Positions 14,274 to 27,706 of a stretch of DNA of 64,000 nt are shown here, one piece after another. How positions within the stretch are numbered: the stretch's first letter is position 1; each line of letters begins with the position of its first letter. The DNA is from Octopus sinensis (Eukaryota), in contig NC_043017.1 in the NCBI RefSeq assembly GCF_006345805.1, positions 12,028,001-12,092,000 on the forward strand, read 5' to 3'. The notes under the pieces are model-generated. The model had not been told where the DNA came from and did no database searches. It saw nothing but the letters and a program-made list of their open reading frames with translations. Position numbers and translations under genes: made by a program.

Positions 14274-14436
14274 GCCACATGTTTACCCACATGTATACCC
14301 ACATGTATACCCACATGTATACCCACATGTATACCCACATGTATACCCACATGTATACCCACATGTATACCCACATGTATACCCACATGTATACCCACAT
14401 GTATACCCACATGTATACCCACATGTATACCCACAT
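14274..14436. repeat. 12-bp minisatellite (ATGTATACCCAC)n, about 13 copies
   Basis: Direct reading; explains HVYP-repeat ORFs. Confidence 0.95.
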
Positions 14437-14489
14437 GTTTGTATCTATGGTGTGTGTGTCTGAAATAAATTTGTACAAATGCATTTATT

Positions 14490-14532
<43 letters not shown>

Positions 14533-15867
14533 GTTTGTCTATCTTTCTTTCTTCCTCTCTATGTTTGTGTACTCTTTCTCTCTTTTTCTCTTTTTTTACT
14601 TGTTTTGAGTCATTTGACTGCGGCCATGCTGGAGCACCGCCTTTTGTCGAGAAAATCGACCCCGGGACTTATTCTTTGTAAGCCAAATACTTATTCTATC
14701 AGTCTCTTTTGCCGAACCGCTAAGTGACGGGGACGCATGTGTGTTCTTTAAAATGCAGTCTTGATAAGTTAGTCTTCTATTTATTATTCAATTTTCATGA
14801 GCAACCACTACCACTACCACCACCACCACCACACCACCACTACTACTACTACTACTACTATTACTTTTTATTCTTTCATCCTTTCTTTTGTTTGTTTGTT
14901 TCTTTCTTTTTTTCAACCCCCCCCACCCCCACCCCCTTGACTTTGTTTATGCAATTGTTCAAAGCAGGACTGAAGCAGGGTGAAGCCATTTGTCCTCTGC
15001 CAACCCCGTCACTGCCACCACTCTCCCTCTCCTCTTACTGTTGCCCGATAAACTTTCTTCCCGTCATCATCATCATCGTCATCATCGCCATACAAGAGAC
15101 AAGGTGTAGACCTATGAACAAACGAATGATTTGCACAACACCATCGTACAGCTATCGGCATACACGCCGCATTAGGCCGCCGACACACAACAATGACAAC
15201 AATAACAACAACAAAAATATCAAAAAAATATCAGAAATTGAACTAACAGATCTATATATATATATATATATATATATAAATATATGTATATAGCAGTATA
15301 AAAACAAATGTACATAATATGAACATGCATGTAGATGTTTTGTCAATGCTTACTATTTTTTGTTGTTGTATTTATTTTATTTATTTGTCAAACTGTGTAT
15401 AGAAGTGTATGTGAATAAGTGTGTGCATTTATTTTATGTATGTGTGTATATGTATATATATATATACAAACACAAATACATATAAACACACATGCATACA
15501 TACATATATAAGGAAGAGAGAGAGAAAGAGATTCACAACTTTATGTCCCCGTTACTTAGCGGTTCGGCAAAAGAGACCGATAGAATAAGTACTGGGCTTA
15601 CAAAAGAATAAGTTCCAGGGTCGATTTGCTCGACTAAAGGCAGTGCTCCAGCATGGCCGCAGTCAACTGATTGAAACAAGTAAAAGAGTAAAGAGTAATA
15701 TATGTCAGGTTGCACTTGAGTGCCACTGGTTAGCATGCACCCAAGTACACTAAACCAGCGCATCACCATTGTGCCTATTCAGAGAGTAGAAAGGCTCTTG
15801 GACCCTGTCAGGTGAAAACTACACCCATCAAAGGGTAAAACTACTCAGGAGAATCGAACATACATGC

Positions 15868-16168
15868 GAGGGTACATGGCTTAGTGTTTAAGGCGTTGCA
15901 CTCTTAATCTAGCGATTATGGTTTCAATCCCTAAACTTGGTGGTGTGCTGTGTTCTTGAGCAAAACACTTCAACTCACACTGCTCTGCAATTAATTCAAT
16001 ACCTGACGCATGGCACTCAGTACACCTGTTCAGGCAAAGTCGATTTGATGAAGGGAGAGAGCTAATGTACAGCAAATACATTTGATTGCTGTAAACAAAT
16101 CATTTGTGCAGGTTGTTCGGCAAAAGCTGAACACTCATACGTTGTCTTCAACAGGGGAGTCCATCATC
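15868..16168 (+). mobile_element. tRNA-derived SINE family D
   Basis: A box TGGCTTAGTG, B box GGTTTCAATCC, TTCTTGAGCAAAACAC motif; reverse copy at 51165-51455. Confidence 0.75.
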
Positions 16169-16186
16169 ATATACATGTGTGTGTGT

Positions 16187-16226
<40 letters not shown>

Positions 16227-16321
16227 ACAAAGGGTAAAATTAATTAATTAAGAAGTAATCAATAAATTTCACCAAGTAGAATTCGGTATGAAAACAGGAC
16301 CGTTACACGGTAAATTTAGTA

Positions 16322-16578
16322 ATACTAGTAAAAAGGGTTCAGCAAAGATTAGCTTCACCACACACCGAAGTTCAGAAATAGCAGCCAAAAATCTTAGCCA
16401 TTTCTGCTACTTTAAAAAGGGTCTTCCAGAGAAACCAAAATACTTGAAGGTTATTCACAAGTATTTTGGTTTCTCTGGAAGACCCTTTTTAAAGTAGAAG
16501 AAATGGCTAAGATTTTTGGCTGCTATTTCTGAACTTCGGTGTGTGGTGAGGCAATTCTTTGCTGAACCTTTTTTATTA

Positions 16579-16582
<4 letters not shown>
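16322..16582. repeat. Long near-perfect inverted repeat (~125-bp arms, 11-nt loop)
   Basis: 16322-16446 is the reverse complement of 16458-16582 with few mismatches. Confidence 0.95.
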
Positions 16583-16625
<43 letters not shown>

Positions 16626-16788
16626 TTATGAGAGGTGATGGTGTCATTGAGAGCCAAAGATGTCAGGTAATGCTGAATAAGTGCTATAGATAGACCATAG
16701 TTAAGTTCCAGGTTTGGTGATTATGCGAATAAGGGGTTCAACGTTGGTCATATGTCAGTATGTGTATATAGAAAAAACATTTTTTTTG

Positions 16789-16888
16789 TAATGAGATATA
16801 AAAAACCTATGCTGTGTAGATTTTAGAACATTTATAGATATAAATGTTCTAAAATCTACACAGCCTTGGGGTTTTTTTTATCTCATTA
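16789..16888. repeat. Hairpin with 26-bp perfect core stem
   Basis: gctgtgtagattttagaacatttata-ga-tataaatgttctaaaatctacacagc plus extended imperfect arms. Confidence 0.9.
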
Positions 16889-17025
16889 GGAAAAAATTTT
16901 ATATATATATATATTGTTCACAGATGAGATTCAGAAATTCTCGGTATAGAAGACACTTAGTAATGCCCAAAAGATACAAACTTAGACTTCGATGTCTTTA
17001 CAGGGGATTGATTCCACAAGGTTAA

Positions 17026-17246
17026 CCCTTTTGTTACCATATTTCTATTGAGATGCTCTGTGTTTCTTTCAATTAATTTTAAATATAACAAAGAATTTAG
17101 TGAAATAACTTAGTTATCATTAAGCTAGTGTTAGGAACTAAATTGTGACTAAGGTTTGGTGGAAGATTTTAATTCAAAACTTATGAAAACAAGACATTTG
17201 TACTACAGAGCCAGAGCCGGTTTCAGCCGGGTTGGTATCAAAAGGG
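17026..17246. mobile_element. piggyBac-like MITE
   Basis: TTAA-cccttttgttacca ... tggtatcaaaaggg-TTAA; 14-bp TIR with 1 mismatch. Confidence 0.85.
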
Positions 17247-17660
17247 TTAAGGAAAGGCTATAAGAGGGATCAAGCTGAGCGGGTTTAGAGGCAATTATGC
17301 ATATAAAACAAATTAGACACATCAAATATATAAAATATATTAAATACATCAAATTCAAAATATATATGTATACATGCAAAGCAAGAGGAAGCAAAAGGTG
17401 GAAACCTTCAGATGATGAATTTTTATGTATAAAAAACAAAGATATTTATAATAATTGATCCAACTTACTCAAATGACAGAGAAAATTAAAAGGGGTGGAA
17501 TAAAGGTATTATGAGCCCAACAGCTGTTCCTGGGGGCTCAGCATTCTATAATAATGTTGGTAAATTTAGTTCATCACAATATGTAGCTGTATGGATGCAA
17601 TTAATATTGGATGAGATGAGCCTCCATCATCAGGGTGGAGAAAATCTTATATTTCAGATC

Positions 17661-17732
17661 TTAATATATATATAATGGCTAGGATTCTTGGCTTTCACCC
17701 AGGTAACCTGGGTTCAATTCCCAACATGGGAA
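17661..17732 (+). pseudogene. tRNA-Glu(TTC) pseudogene
   Basis: tggctaggattcttggctTTCacccaggtaacctgggttcaattcccaacatgggaa resembles metazoan tRNA-Glu; 5' acceptor arm decayed. Confidence 0.75.
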
Positions 17733-18147
17733 TGCATAGTTAAGGAGCAGATGTAGCTGTGTGGTAAGAGGTTTGCTTCTCAACCAGATAGTTCTAGGTT
17801 CGGTCCCACTGCGTGGCCCCTTGGACAAGTGTCATTTACTACGACCCAACCAAAGCCTTGTCAGTGGATTATATAGATGGAAACTGAAAGAAATCCATCA
17901 TATGTCTTTTTGTCTGTGTTTATCCCCCACCACTGCTTGACAACCAGTGTTGGGGGTGTTTACATGCCCATGACTTAGCGGTTCGGCATAAAAAACCAGT
18001 AAAATAAGTACCAGAAAGAAACCTGAGGTATGTTTTTATTGGGTTTGTGACAAGCATTTGCACCAAGTTTATGCCATCAGGATTTCCAAGAAAATATAGC
18101 TGCTCCTTCACACATGCCTTCATCACTGATAGTCTAACAGTTATAGT

Positions 18148-18373
18148 TATTTCTTTATTGCCCACAAGGGGCTAAACATAGAAGGGACAAACAAGGACAG
18201 ACAAAGGGATTAAGTCGATTACATTGACCCCAGTGCGTAACTGGTACTTATTTAATCGACCCCGAAAGGATGAAAGGCTAAGTCGACCTCGGCGGAATTT
18301 GAACTCAGAACGTAGCGGCAGGCGAAATACCACTAAGAATTTCGCCCGGCGTGCTAATGATTCTGCCAGCTTG
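18148..18373 (-). mobile_element. SINE family A
   Basis: TSD acagttatagt (18137-18147, 18374-18384); similar to the 6136 copy. Confidence 0.9.
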
Positions 18374-20369
18374 ACAGTTATAGTATTGGCTGTTAGACCC
18401 TCATACATATACGCATACATACATACACATGCATATGCACACATGTCTATCATCTGTCCTTTTTTTAGCTTTCATTCCTCTGGCCACCCTAACACATTTT
18501 CTCTCATCTCCCATTCCTTCAATCCACCCATTTCTTCAGTCATCCACCCAGATTGAATTCCAAACTATCAAACTGATCTTCTGTCATCTGAGTACATCTT
18601 GTCAAATACCCTTCTTCCCCCTCTCTTTTTCTCTCTCTCTCTTTCACTGTCTTATTTCCACATACCATACACATATACACTCATACCCATACAGCAACAC
18701 ACGCATACCCATGTAAACATATGCATGCATATATGTGCAGACACACACTTATACAAACTCATACATGCACACGCACACATAAGCAGATGAACACACGCAC
18801 ACACAGGTGGAAACATAGATGATACACACATGCAGGTATACGAATATACCCGCATTACACCAGTGTAGAGTACCTTCCTTCTTATGAAAGTGAATTGTTA
18901 GAGCATACGAGCACATGAAACTGATGTATAATTCAATCCGATCCAACAGGGGTGCTGTTGTATGGTTACCCACACCTGCTAGAAATAGCAGTCAAATCTC
19001 ACTAATATCACTATTATCTTAAAATATGAAGGTCACGTTCGGCAGTGTAATCCCAGATGTACAAAAAGACAAGATGATCATGGCCGGAGTTCCTTTTAAT
19101 TGTAGATTTGTTTGATCAGAGAGCTAAACATGCCAATAATAATATGTGTTCACAACTCAATTATTCCTGAGTCTCTGAACTGTATATTTTCACTGCTTCT
19201 ATGTTTGTTATATTTCATTTGTTGGTTCTGACAATGAATGTTAAGACACTCCAGCCACCCCAGCCTCGCCTTAGTGCACTCTTAAACAAGACACATAGTT
19301 AACCCTTTAAAAAAAAAGCACCCAATTAACACCAAAATAGAAAATACAGCCCATCCTAAATTAAGACATCCCAGTTCACCCCAAAAGAAGACATCCAATC
19401 TACCCTTAAACAATCCACCCAGTGCAAAATAAGCTCAGGGTATGAAGGGAAATGAGACATCATGGAAATGGTAAATGGTTTACAACACAAGAGAAATCAC
19501 TTTAAACTTGCTAAAACAATATTCAATGTGGTTTATATGATCAGAAATATAATTTTTCAAATGTGTATGGTGTCATAGTGAGGATCCGAACAAAGACTTT
19601 GCAATTAAAAAAAATAGGAAGAAACTTTTCAAATATAAGTAAAGCAGAAATAAACATTATTTTTCCATTTTACCGTTTTGTGTCATTTTGAAAAATAAAT
19701 ATTTCTTTTATGGTTTATTATTGTTTATATTTTGAAATTTCATATATATATGGGGGCATCAAAATCTTTTAAGTATCAAGGGCCTAATCCGGCCTTGAAG
19801 ACGCCCTTTTTCACCTTAAAATAAAACCCCCCAGTCAACCTTAACTAAGACACCTCAATCCAGCCCCAACTAAAACACCCCAGTCCACCCTGGTATCCAT
19901 TCTTAAACAAGACAACCTGATCCACCTCAAAGTCAGACATTAACTTGGTTCAAGAATTTCCAATAAAAGAATCCTTCATATGTAAAATAATAGTTGACAA
20001 CAATAGGTCCCCATATGTTTAATAGTATTTCACCATAAACATCATATTGTCGAGCTTTTGTTAGCTCTTGTTACCTTCAGAGAGTCGAGACTAAATATGT
20101 ATGTGTGTATGTATGTATGTCTGTGTACATGCTACTAACATAGATACAGTATGAAGGTCTCTTTAAATGCATATTTTCTGGCTGCATGCACACATCACAT
20201 ACATGAACACATACATGTATATGTGTCTATCTGTGTGTCCGTGTCCATGTGTGTATGGTTGTCTACATATATAAGTATGTTCATTTACATGTACACACAC
20301 ATACATATATATGTCTGTGTGTTTGTGTCTCTATCTCTCTGTGCATATATATATATGTATATATGTATG

Positions 20370-20441
<72 letters not shown>

Positions 20442-21336
20442 GGGACTTACACCACACACACATATACACATCTCTACATGTTTCCAATGCTTCATTTACC
20501 TGTTATTCTATGCTACTACAATAATTTGTCTCTTGTAAAAGCAATAACAAAACCAGTAGAGCTCCTCGTCAATTGTCAATTGAGGATCAATATTTGTTGG
20601 TCTGGGAAGAGACTTTCAAAACAAAGCCGCAACAAGAAGCAAGGGGGCCGATCATACAGCTGAGACCTCAACTCTTAACAATGTCTAGTAGGACAGGGGG
20701 TAGGGGGTGAGTGGCTTACAGGATAGAGTAGTGGTGTTGGTGGTGGGGGTGATAGTTTTGTTGTTGTTTTTGGTCGTGGTGGTGGTGGTAGGTGTGGCGG
20801 AAAGCACAAGCCAAAAGGTTGTTAATTCTTTTTTTATTTGTGTTTTGTTTGTTAATGTAGGTGGAAATTCGTTTTGTTACAGCCCTGCCCTTCACCCCCA
20901 GTCCCACCCACCACCCTGCTGCTCTCAGTGAAAGACTCCATTCAAAGTTGTGGATGTTATTCTTCTTGTTGTTGTTGCTATTTTGCTTTAAATAGCTGAA
21001 TGAATATGTTTGTTGAATATCAGTAAAAAAAAAAAAGAAAATTTTAAGGAAAAAAAAAAGATCCCAGCTCCACAGAACATTGATGATGATAATGGGGAGG
21101 GTGTGGAGATAGGGAAACACTGAGAGCAATCACAACAACAACAGCAACACATATTGTAGTAGTAGTAGTTGTAGTGGTATATGGCAGAAAAACCTCTCAT
21201 ATTTTACATGGGCAAGAAGTAGGAATATGGAGAGAATAGAGTGGGATTGAACTCAAGACTATGTTGTTGAGAAGCAAACTTCTTAACCACACAGCCATGC
21301 CAGTACTTAATCGATTGAAATCAACCACTGTATCCT

Positions 21337-21883
21337 ATAAGTATACCACGGGTACTTACTGAGGAGCCATTGAGGAAACCATCCCGTGGTGTGTTGCCCT
21401 TCTAGATGTAATAACCAAATCTACCTTGAATCATTCTCCACAATCTTTTACAGAGTGAAGGACATGACCACGTCGTCATCGTCATCATCATCATCATCAT
21501 TTAATGTCCACTTTTCCATGCTGGCATGGGTTGGACAGGATTTGTCAAGGTAGGTTTTCTACAGCTGGATGACCTTCCTGTTGCCAACACTTATTTGTTT
21601 CCAATAAGTATAGGAATAAGTATACCACGGGTACTTACTGAGGAGCCATTGAGGAAACCATCCTGTGGTGGCTTGCCCTTCTAGATGTAATAACCAAATC
21701 TACCTTGAATCATTCTCCACAATCTTTTACAGAGTGAAGGACATGACCACGTCGTCATCGTCATCATCATCATCATCATTTAATGTCAACTTTTCCATGC
21801 TGGCATGGGTTGGACAGAATTTGTCAAGGTAGGTTTTCTACAGCTGGATGACCTTCCTGTTGCCAACACTTATTTGTTTCCAA
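21337..21883. repeat. Tandem duplication, 279-bp unit
   Basis: Near-identical units start at 21337 and 21616. Confidence 0.9.
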
Positions 21884-21995
21884 GGTGATATTCCTCATGA
21901 CCAGACATGTTTTCGTGGGAAATTGTAAATGAAAGACACTACTTGTATGATAAGGACTTTCAATTCCAACTATCACAAGATCTCAAGAGAAGGAG

Positions 21996-22035
<40 letters not shown>

Positions 22036-22276
22036 GTATATATACATACATACAACAGGCTTCTTTCAGATTTCATCAACCAAATCCACTCACAAGGTTT
22101 TGCTTGGTATAGACTATAGTAAAGAGAGACTTAACAAAAGTGTCACACGGTAGTACTGAACCCAAGATCTTATGCTTGAGAAGCAAACTTTTTACTACAT
22201 GGCTATGCCTGTGGCTGTGCATATTTGGTCATCATCTGTATGTATGTATATATATGGATATGGATATGTATATATA

Positions 22277-23116
22277 CAGGGTGCGATGGGTAAATTGATG
22301 CCATTTTATATTTTTAATTTCACACACGTGTATTGTTTGTTGTTGATTTTCTTTGACTACACAGTATGGTAGGGTCAGATGGGCACCATCTGCGAGAAAA
22401 ACAGTGCCATGACACAATTCACTCTGCCAGAAATTTGGAAACGATATGCTGTACTGCTTGGCATTCATGCTGGAAGTTCCAATACGAACATTTCAGAGTG
22501 TTTGAGTGTCAATCTGAGGACACGTACCAAGTGTGATAAAAGTCAAACATCCAGTCAGTATCATCGTGTTTGGAGCAGTCACTAGTGATGGTGACGTTAT
22601 GCCTCCTTTCATCTTCCCACATGGCCTCAGACTCAACATGGAGGCCTACATCAAGTGTCTTGAGGAGGTAGTGCTGCCCTGGGTCAAGAGAGTGGCTGCT
22701 GGAAGACCCTATGTCTGGCAAAAGAACTCTACACCATGCCACACCAGCAGGAGAACCTAGTCATGGCTGTCAGACAATTTCTGAAACCACATCACCCCTA
22801 GCAACTGGCTACCTAATTCTCCAGACTGCAACCCCTTGATTATTATGTGTGGGGTGCAGTTGAACAGGAGACCCAAGAAAATTCCTTGTAACACCAAAGA
22901 TGAGCTGAAGGCAAGGATTATGGCAGCATTAACCAACTTAAACAAGGAGAATGTCCAGAAGAGTTTCAGGAGATACTGATTTAATAAATAAATTTTATCT
23001 TTAGTATTTCAAGATATTCTTATGTAATTTTAGTAAATATATATCTCTTAAAATGAGATATCAGTGTAATTTCCATTGTTGCATAATTTAGATGACAGTT
23101 TATTCACTACACCCTG
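22277..23116 (+). mobile_element. Decayed, internally deleted Tc1/mariner-superfamily (DD37D/maT-like) transposon
   Basis: TA-cagggtg...caccctg ends; transposase remnant KHPVSIIVFGAVTSDG..PPFIF..Y..CLEEVVLPW..YVWQKNSTPCHTS..WLPNSPDCNPLDYYVWG with stops. Confidence 0.85.
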
Positions 23117-23148
23117 AATATATATGTACATATACACACAAACATATA

Positions 23149-23182
<34 letters not shown>

Positions 23183-23614
23183 CATACATATAAACACACA
23201 CATATACATATATACATACACACACACATATTTGTCTTCTACTATAGCCTTGGGCTGACCAAATGCCTTATGACTGAATTTGCTAGACAGAAACTAAAAG
23301 AAGCTTGTCGTATATATATTATGTGTATATACATATATAATGTATTTGTGTGTCTGTGTTTGTCCACACATCATTGCTTGACAACCGATGTCGATGTGTT
23401 TACATACCTGTAATTTGAAAGAGATTGACAGAATAAGTACTAGGCTTACAAAGAATAAGTTCTGAGGTGAATTTGCTTGACTAAAGGTGGTGCTCCAGTA
23501 TGGCCGCAGTCATATGTCTGATACAAACAAAAGAAAGAATAAAAGAAAACATACAGGTACACACTTGTATTTATGTGTGCGTGTGTATATATATACACAC
23601 ACACACACAAATAC

Positions 23615-23647
<33 letters not shown>

Positions 23648-23651
23648 AAAC

Positions 23652-23686
<35 letters not shown>

Positions 23687-23737
23687 AATACATATATATA
23701 TATACACACACAAATACATATATATATATATACACAC

Positions 23738-23784
<47 letters not shown>

Positions 23785-24344
23785 CACACACACATATATC
23801 TGTATATGCAAGTTTGAATGTATATATATATATATATCTATCCATATGTATTTATATTTATACACACATACATATGTATGAATAAACATTATGAACCCAT
23901 TATACACACATTATACACGCATTACACACTCAATCGAATGCCAAACAATGAAAGCCGAACTTGTGCCTATGATGTTTTTGTGTGCTGCTCTGCCTTCGCT
24001 TGAAACAGAGCTCAGTTGGTATCTATATTGAAATCACTGCTCCTTTCCTAACCCTCTGCCCCTCTCCTAGGCCCAGTGCTACCACCCAACACTATTCTGA
24101 TGGTATCTCTTTACATGGTTATTATAAAAGAAAACAAGAGCCACACACACACTCTTCACCTCTGCCTTTCCATGATCCACCGATCCACCAACACCAATAA
24201 CTCCAACAAACAACCCACCCCCAACACTACCAATATCATTACAAACGGCATCAACTACTTGAGTCAGTGAACCTACTAGAAACAACAGCTAAATTTCCCT
24301 CAAATCTCACCCTATTGCCTTAAAAAGGGAACGACGTATTAAAC

Positions 24345-24700
24345 CAGTGATTCTCAACCAAGGTCTATATGTTTCTTTATTACCCACAAGGGGCTAAACA
24401 TAGAGGGGACAAACAAGGACAGACAAACGGATTAAGTCGATTACATCGACCCCACTGTGTAACTGGTACTTAATTTTATCAACCCCTAAAAGATGAAAGG
24501 CAAAGTCGACCTCGGCGGAATTTGAACTCAGAACGTAACGGCAGATGAAATACGGCTACGCATTTCACCTGGCGTGCTTACGGTTCTGCCAGCTCGCTGC
24601 CTATATGACCCATGGAAGTCCATATAAGATTCTCTCGTTAAAATTCATGTGCCGTAAGTTTGTTATACAGCACACAAAATGTTTTTATATTTTCTTAAAT
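24345..24700. mobile_element. hAT/Charlie-like MITE fragment interrupted by a SINE
   Basis: Starts cagtgattctcaac (Charlie-type terminus); sequence resumes after the SINE TSD; right TIR not found. Confidence 0.4.
24372..24601 (-). mobile_element. SINE family A, full length
   Basis: TSD tatatg (24366-24371, 24602-24607). Confidence 0.9.
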
Positions 24701-24716
24701 ACAATTTTTAATAATA

Positions 24717-24990
24717 CTAGCAGTATCGCCCGGCGTTGCTCGGGTTTGTTTCGACCCTTTAGAATTGGAATTTTTGAAAAGTAAAAGTTTTGCATTATGG
24801 AGCTTGTTATTCTCTATAAGTGAACATTCTTCTGGTTGAAATACACCAAAAAATGGCGACACAGCAGTAAAAAAATCATAAAAAATAGGGATTTTCATAG
24901 AAAAAAAAGCACCTTTTTGATGTAAATAATTTTTGGTGTTAACATGGTCCAATTTGAATTTTTTCTTCTACGGAAGGAAGAGCAAGCCTG
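24717..24990 (-). mobile_element. Non-autonomous Helitron 3' part
   Basis: Minus strand ends with GC hairpin cccgagcaacgccggg followed by ..CTAG|T, the Helitron 3' signature. Confidence 0.7.
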
Positions 24991-25984
24991 AGCACAACCA
25001 CAACCATGACAACTTCACCCAATGAGGAACCTTCTGTGAGTTCGATCAATATGCTAGAAATAGCAACCAAATCTCTCATAAATCACAAATTCTAACATCT
25101 ATAAAATATAAAGGGCACTCTGGATCATATAATCTTAGATAAAGATTAAAAGTTCAGATGGTCATAGCCAGAATATCTTTGATCATTGGTCTACTCACAG
25201 AAGGTTGTCTTGTGGTTAAACAATAACAATAACCACAAAAATTACCACTGCCCCGTATATTCATCCCTAGCCCCCCAAAATCAAGATAACCCTTAATTAC
25301 CTTCCAACCACATGGGTTTGAGCTTTACAGTCTTCTTATCGCCAATTACAATATCTAAATCCCTTCCCTCACCCTGGAGCACTACCCTGCCACACCACCC
25401 AACCCAGTACAATCTGCCATATATAAAACAAGTCATTCAGTTGACTAATCAAAGGATTGCTACTGGTTGATTGACTGGTGTGCCTCACTAACACACACAC
25501 ACACACACACATGTAAACCAACACACATACCACAATATACCCATTCGCACATACAGACACACATTCAACACACACACACATGCATATATTCCTTGATATA
25601 CACAGCATTCAGACATATTTAAAACACATGCATACAAATGCACTCATGCATGTGCATGCACACATACATCACACATATATGCATCCATGTACACTTAACA
25701 ATTAGATACACACACAATACAAACATGCACACACTCACACACAACAAATGCATGTGCAGAAACACAAACGGATCTTTTCACACAAACACATGTATGTGCA
25801 ACTGCACTCATATATTGCATCACGCACACACACACATATATATTTGCACACATACAACTTTCATACACTCACCACAAAAAACATGCAAAGATTTCCATAT
25901 ATATATGTATATGTATATAAAGAATGTGTAGTGGCTAGCGATCTGTCATGTATGTATATATATATATGTATACACACACACGAG

Positions 25985-26337
25985 CGTGATCATTACCTGC
26001 ATCGCCTTACTAGCACTTGTGCTGGTGGCACGTGAAAAAATATTCGAGCGAGGTCGTTGCCAGTGCCACTGGACTGGCTCCTGTGCAGGTGGCACATAAA
26101 AAGTACCATTTGAGAGTGTGGCCGTTGCCAGTACCGCCTGACTGGCCCTCGTGCTGGTGGCACGTAAAAAGCACCCACTACACTCTCGGAGTGGTTGGCG
26201 TTAGGAAAGGCATCCAGCTGTAGAAACTCTGCCAGATCAGATTGGAGTCTGGTGCAGCCATCTGGTTTGCCAGACCTCAAGTCAAATCGTCCAACCCATG
26301 CTAGCATGGAAAGCGGACGTTAAACGATGATGATGAT
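25985..26337 (+). mobile_element. SINE/LINE family C with RTE-like 3' end and (GAT)n tail
   Basis: Internal GGTGGCACGTAAAAAGCACC repeats; ends aacccatgctagcatggaaagcggacgttaaac(gat)n; paralogs at 42125, 38535, 34920. Confidence 0.75.
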
Positions 26338-26384
26338 TCACACATGTATAACATTCACACACACACATACACACACACCACAAG

Positions 26385-26774
26385 CCATTTTTTAAGCACT
26401 CCGTCGGTTACGACGACGAGGGTTCCGGTTGATCCGAATCAACGGAACAGCCTGCTTGTGAAATTAACGTGTAAGTGGCTGAGCACTCCACAGACACGTG
26501 TACCCTTAACGTAGTTCTCGGGGATATTCAGCGTGACACAGAGAGTGACAAGGCCGGCCCTTTGAAATACAGGTACAACAGAAACAGGAAGTAAGAGTGA
26601 GAGAAAGTTGTGGTGAAAGAGTACAGCAGGGATCACCACCATCCCCTGCCGGAGCCTCATGGAGCTTTAGGCGTTTTTGCTCAATAAACACTCACAACGC
26701 CCGGTCTGGGAATCGAAACCGCGATCCTACGACTGTGAGTCCGCTGCCCTAACCACTGGGCCATTGTGCCTCCA
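26385..26774 (-). mobile_element. tRNA-derived SINE family E, CpG-rich (young)
   Basis: Minus head tggaggcacaaTGGCCCAGTGGttagggc...GGTTTCGATTCCc (A/B boxes). Confidence 0.8.
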
Positions 26775-26928
26775 TAAGTTTACACACACACACATATGCA
26801 TATAGATAGATAAATAGATAGATAGATAGATAGAAAACAGAATGATCAACATTCTTATTAAAAATCACTACAAATGTTTCAACACATTTTTACATTTGTA
26901 ATTCATTGGTGAGATGTGTAGAAATGGC

Positions 26929-26968
<40 letters not shown>

Positions 26969-27133
26969 GGCGTAGGAGTGGCTGTGTGGTAAGTAGCTTG
27001 CTAACTAACCACATGGTTCCGGGTTCAGTCCCACTGTGTGGCATCTTGGGCAAGTGTCTTCTGCTATAGCCCCGGGCCGACCAATGTCTTGTGAGTGGAT
27101 TTGGTAGACGGAAACTGAAAGAAGCCTGTCGTA

Positions 27134-27180
<47 letters not shown>

Positions 27181-27393
27181 TTGTGTGTCTGTGTTTGTCC
27201 CCCTAGCATTGCTTGACAACCGATGCTGCTGTGTTTACATCCCCGTCACTTAGCGGTTCGGCAAAAAGGGACGGATAGAATAAGTACTGGGCTTACAAAG
27301 AATAAGTCCCGGGGTCGATTTGCTCGACTAAAAGGCAGTGCTCCAGCATGGCCGCAGTCAAATGACTGAAACAAGTAAAAGAGTAAAAGAGTA
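26969..27393 (+). mobile_element. SINE family B, full length, in (TA)n
   Basis: Very similar to 5244-5643. Confidence 0.9.
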
Positions 27394-27706
27394 TATATAT
27401 ATAACAATCATTCTTTCACTCATTTACTTTCATATCTGTTTACCATGTTAAATAAGTATATTACCGATGCATTGTTGCTGTTTTACAGCTGGATGCCCTT
27501 CCTGTTACTAACCCTTATTTCTTTTTCAATTGTAAGATCTCTACAAAGATATGATGTAAGTTGGCAAGTTTGCTGACAAGAGAAGTGCCATCAACAACAC
27601 TGCTCTCAGTAAATGTCAGAGTCACAGCAACTGTAAATAAATACGCAAGTGCACACATGCACTTACACATCTCACATACTGTGGAACTTATTTGTGTGTG
27701 TGTGTG

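Noticed and set aside
14274-14436. Regular repeats resembling a CRISPR array
   Set aside because: Head-to-tail 12-bp minisatellite without spacers, in eukaryotic DNA
16468-16530. CTGGAAGA...GAAA in the long hairpin as a hammerhead
   Set aside because: Core does not fit CUGANGA and stems I/III could not be formed convincingly
26700-26774. Functional tRNA gene
   Set aside because: A/B boxes continue into a SINE body and there is no proper acceptor stem
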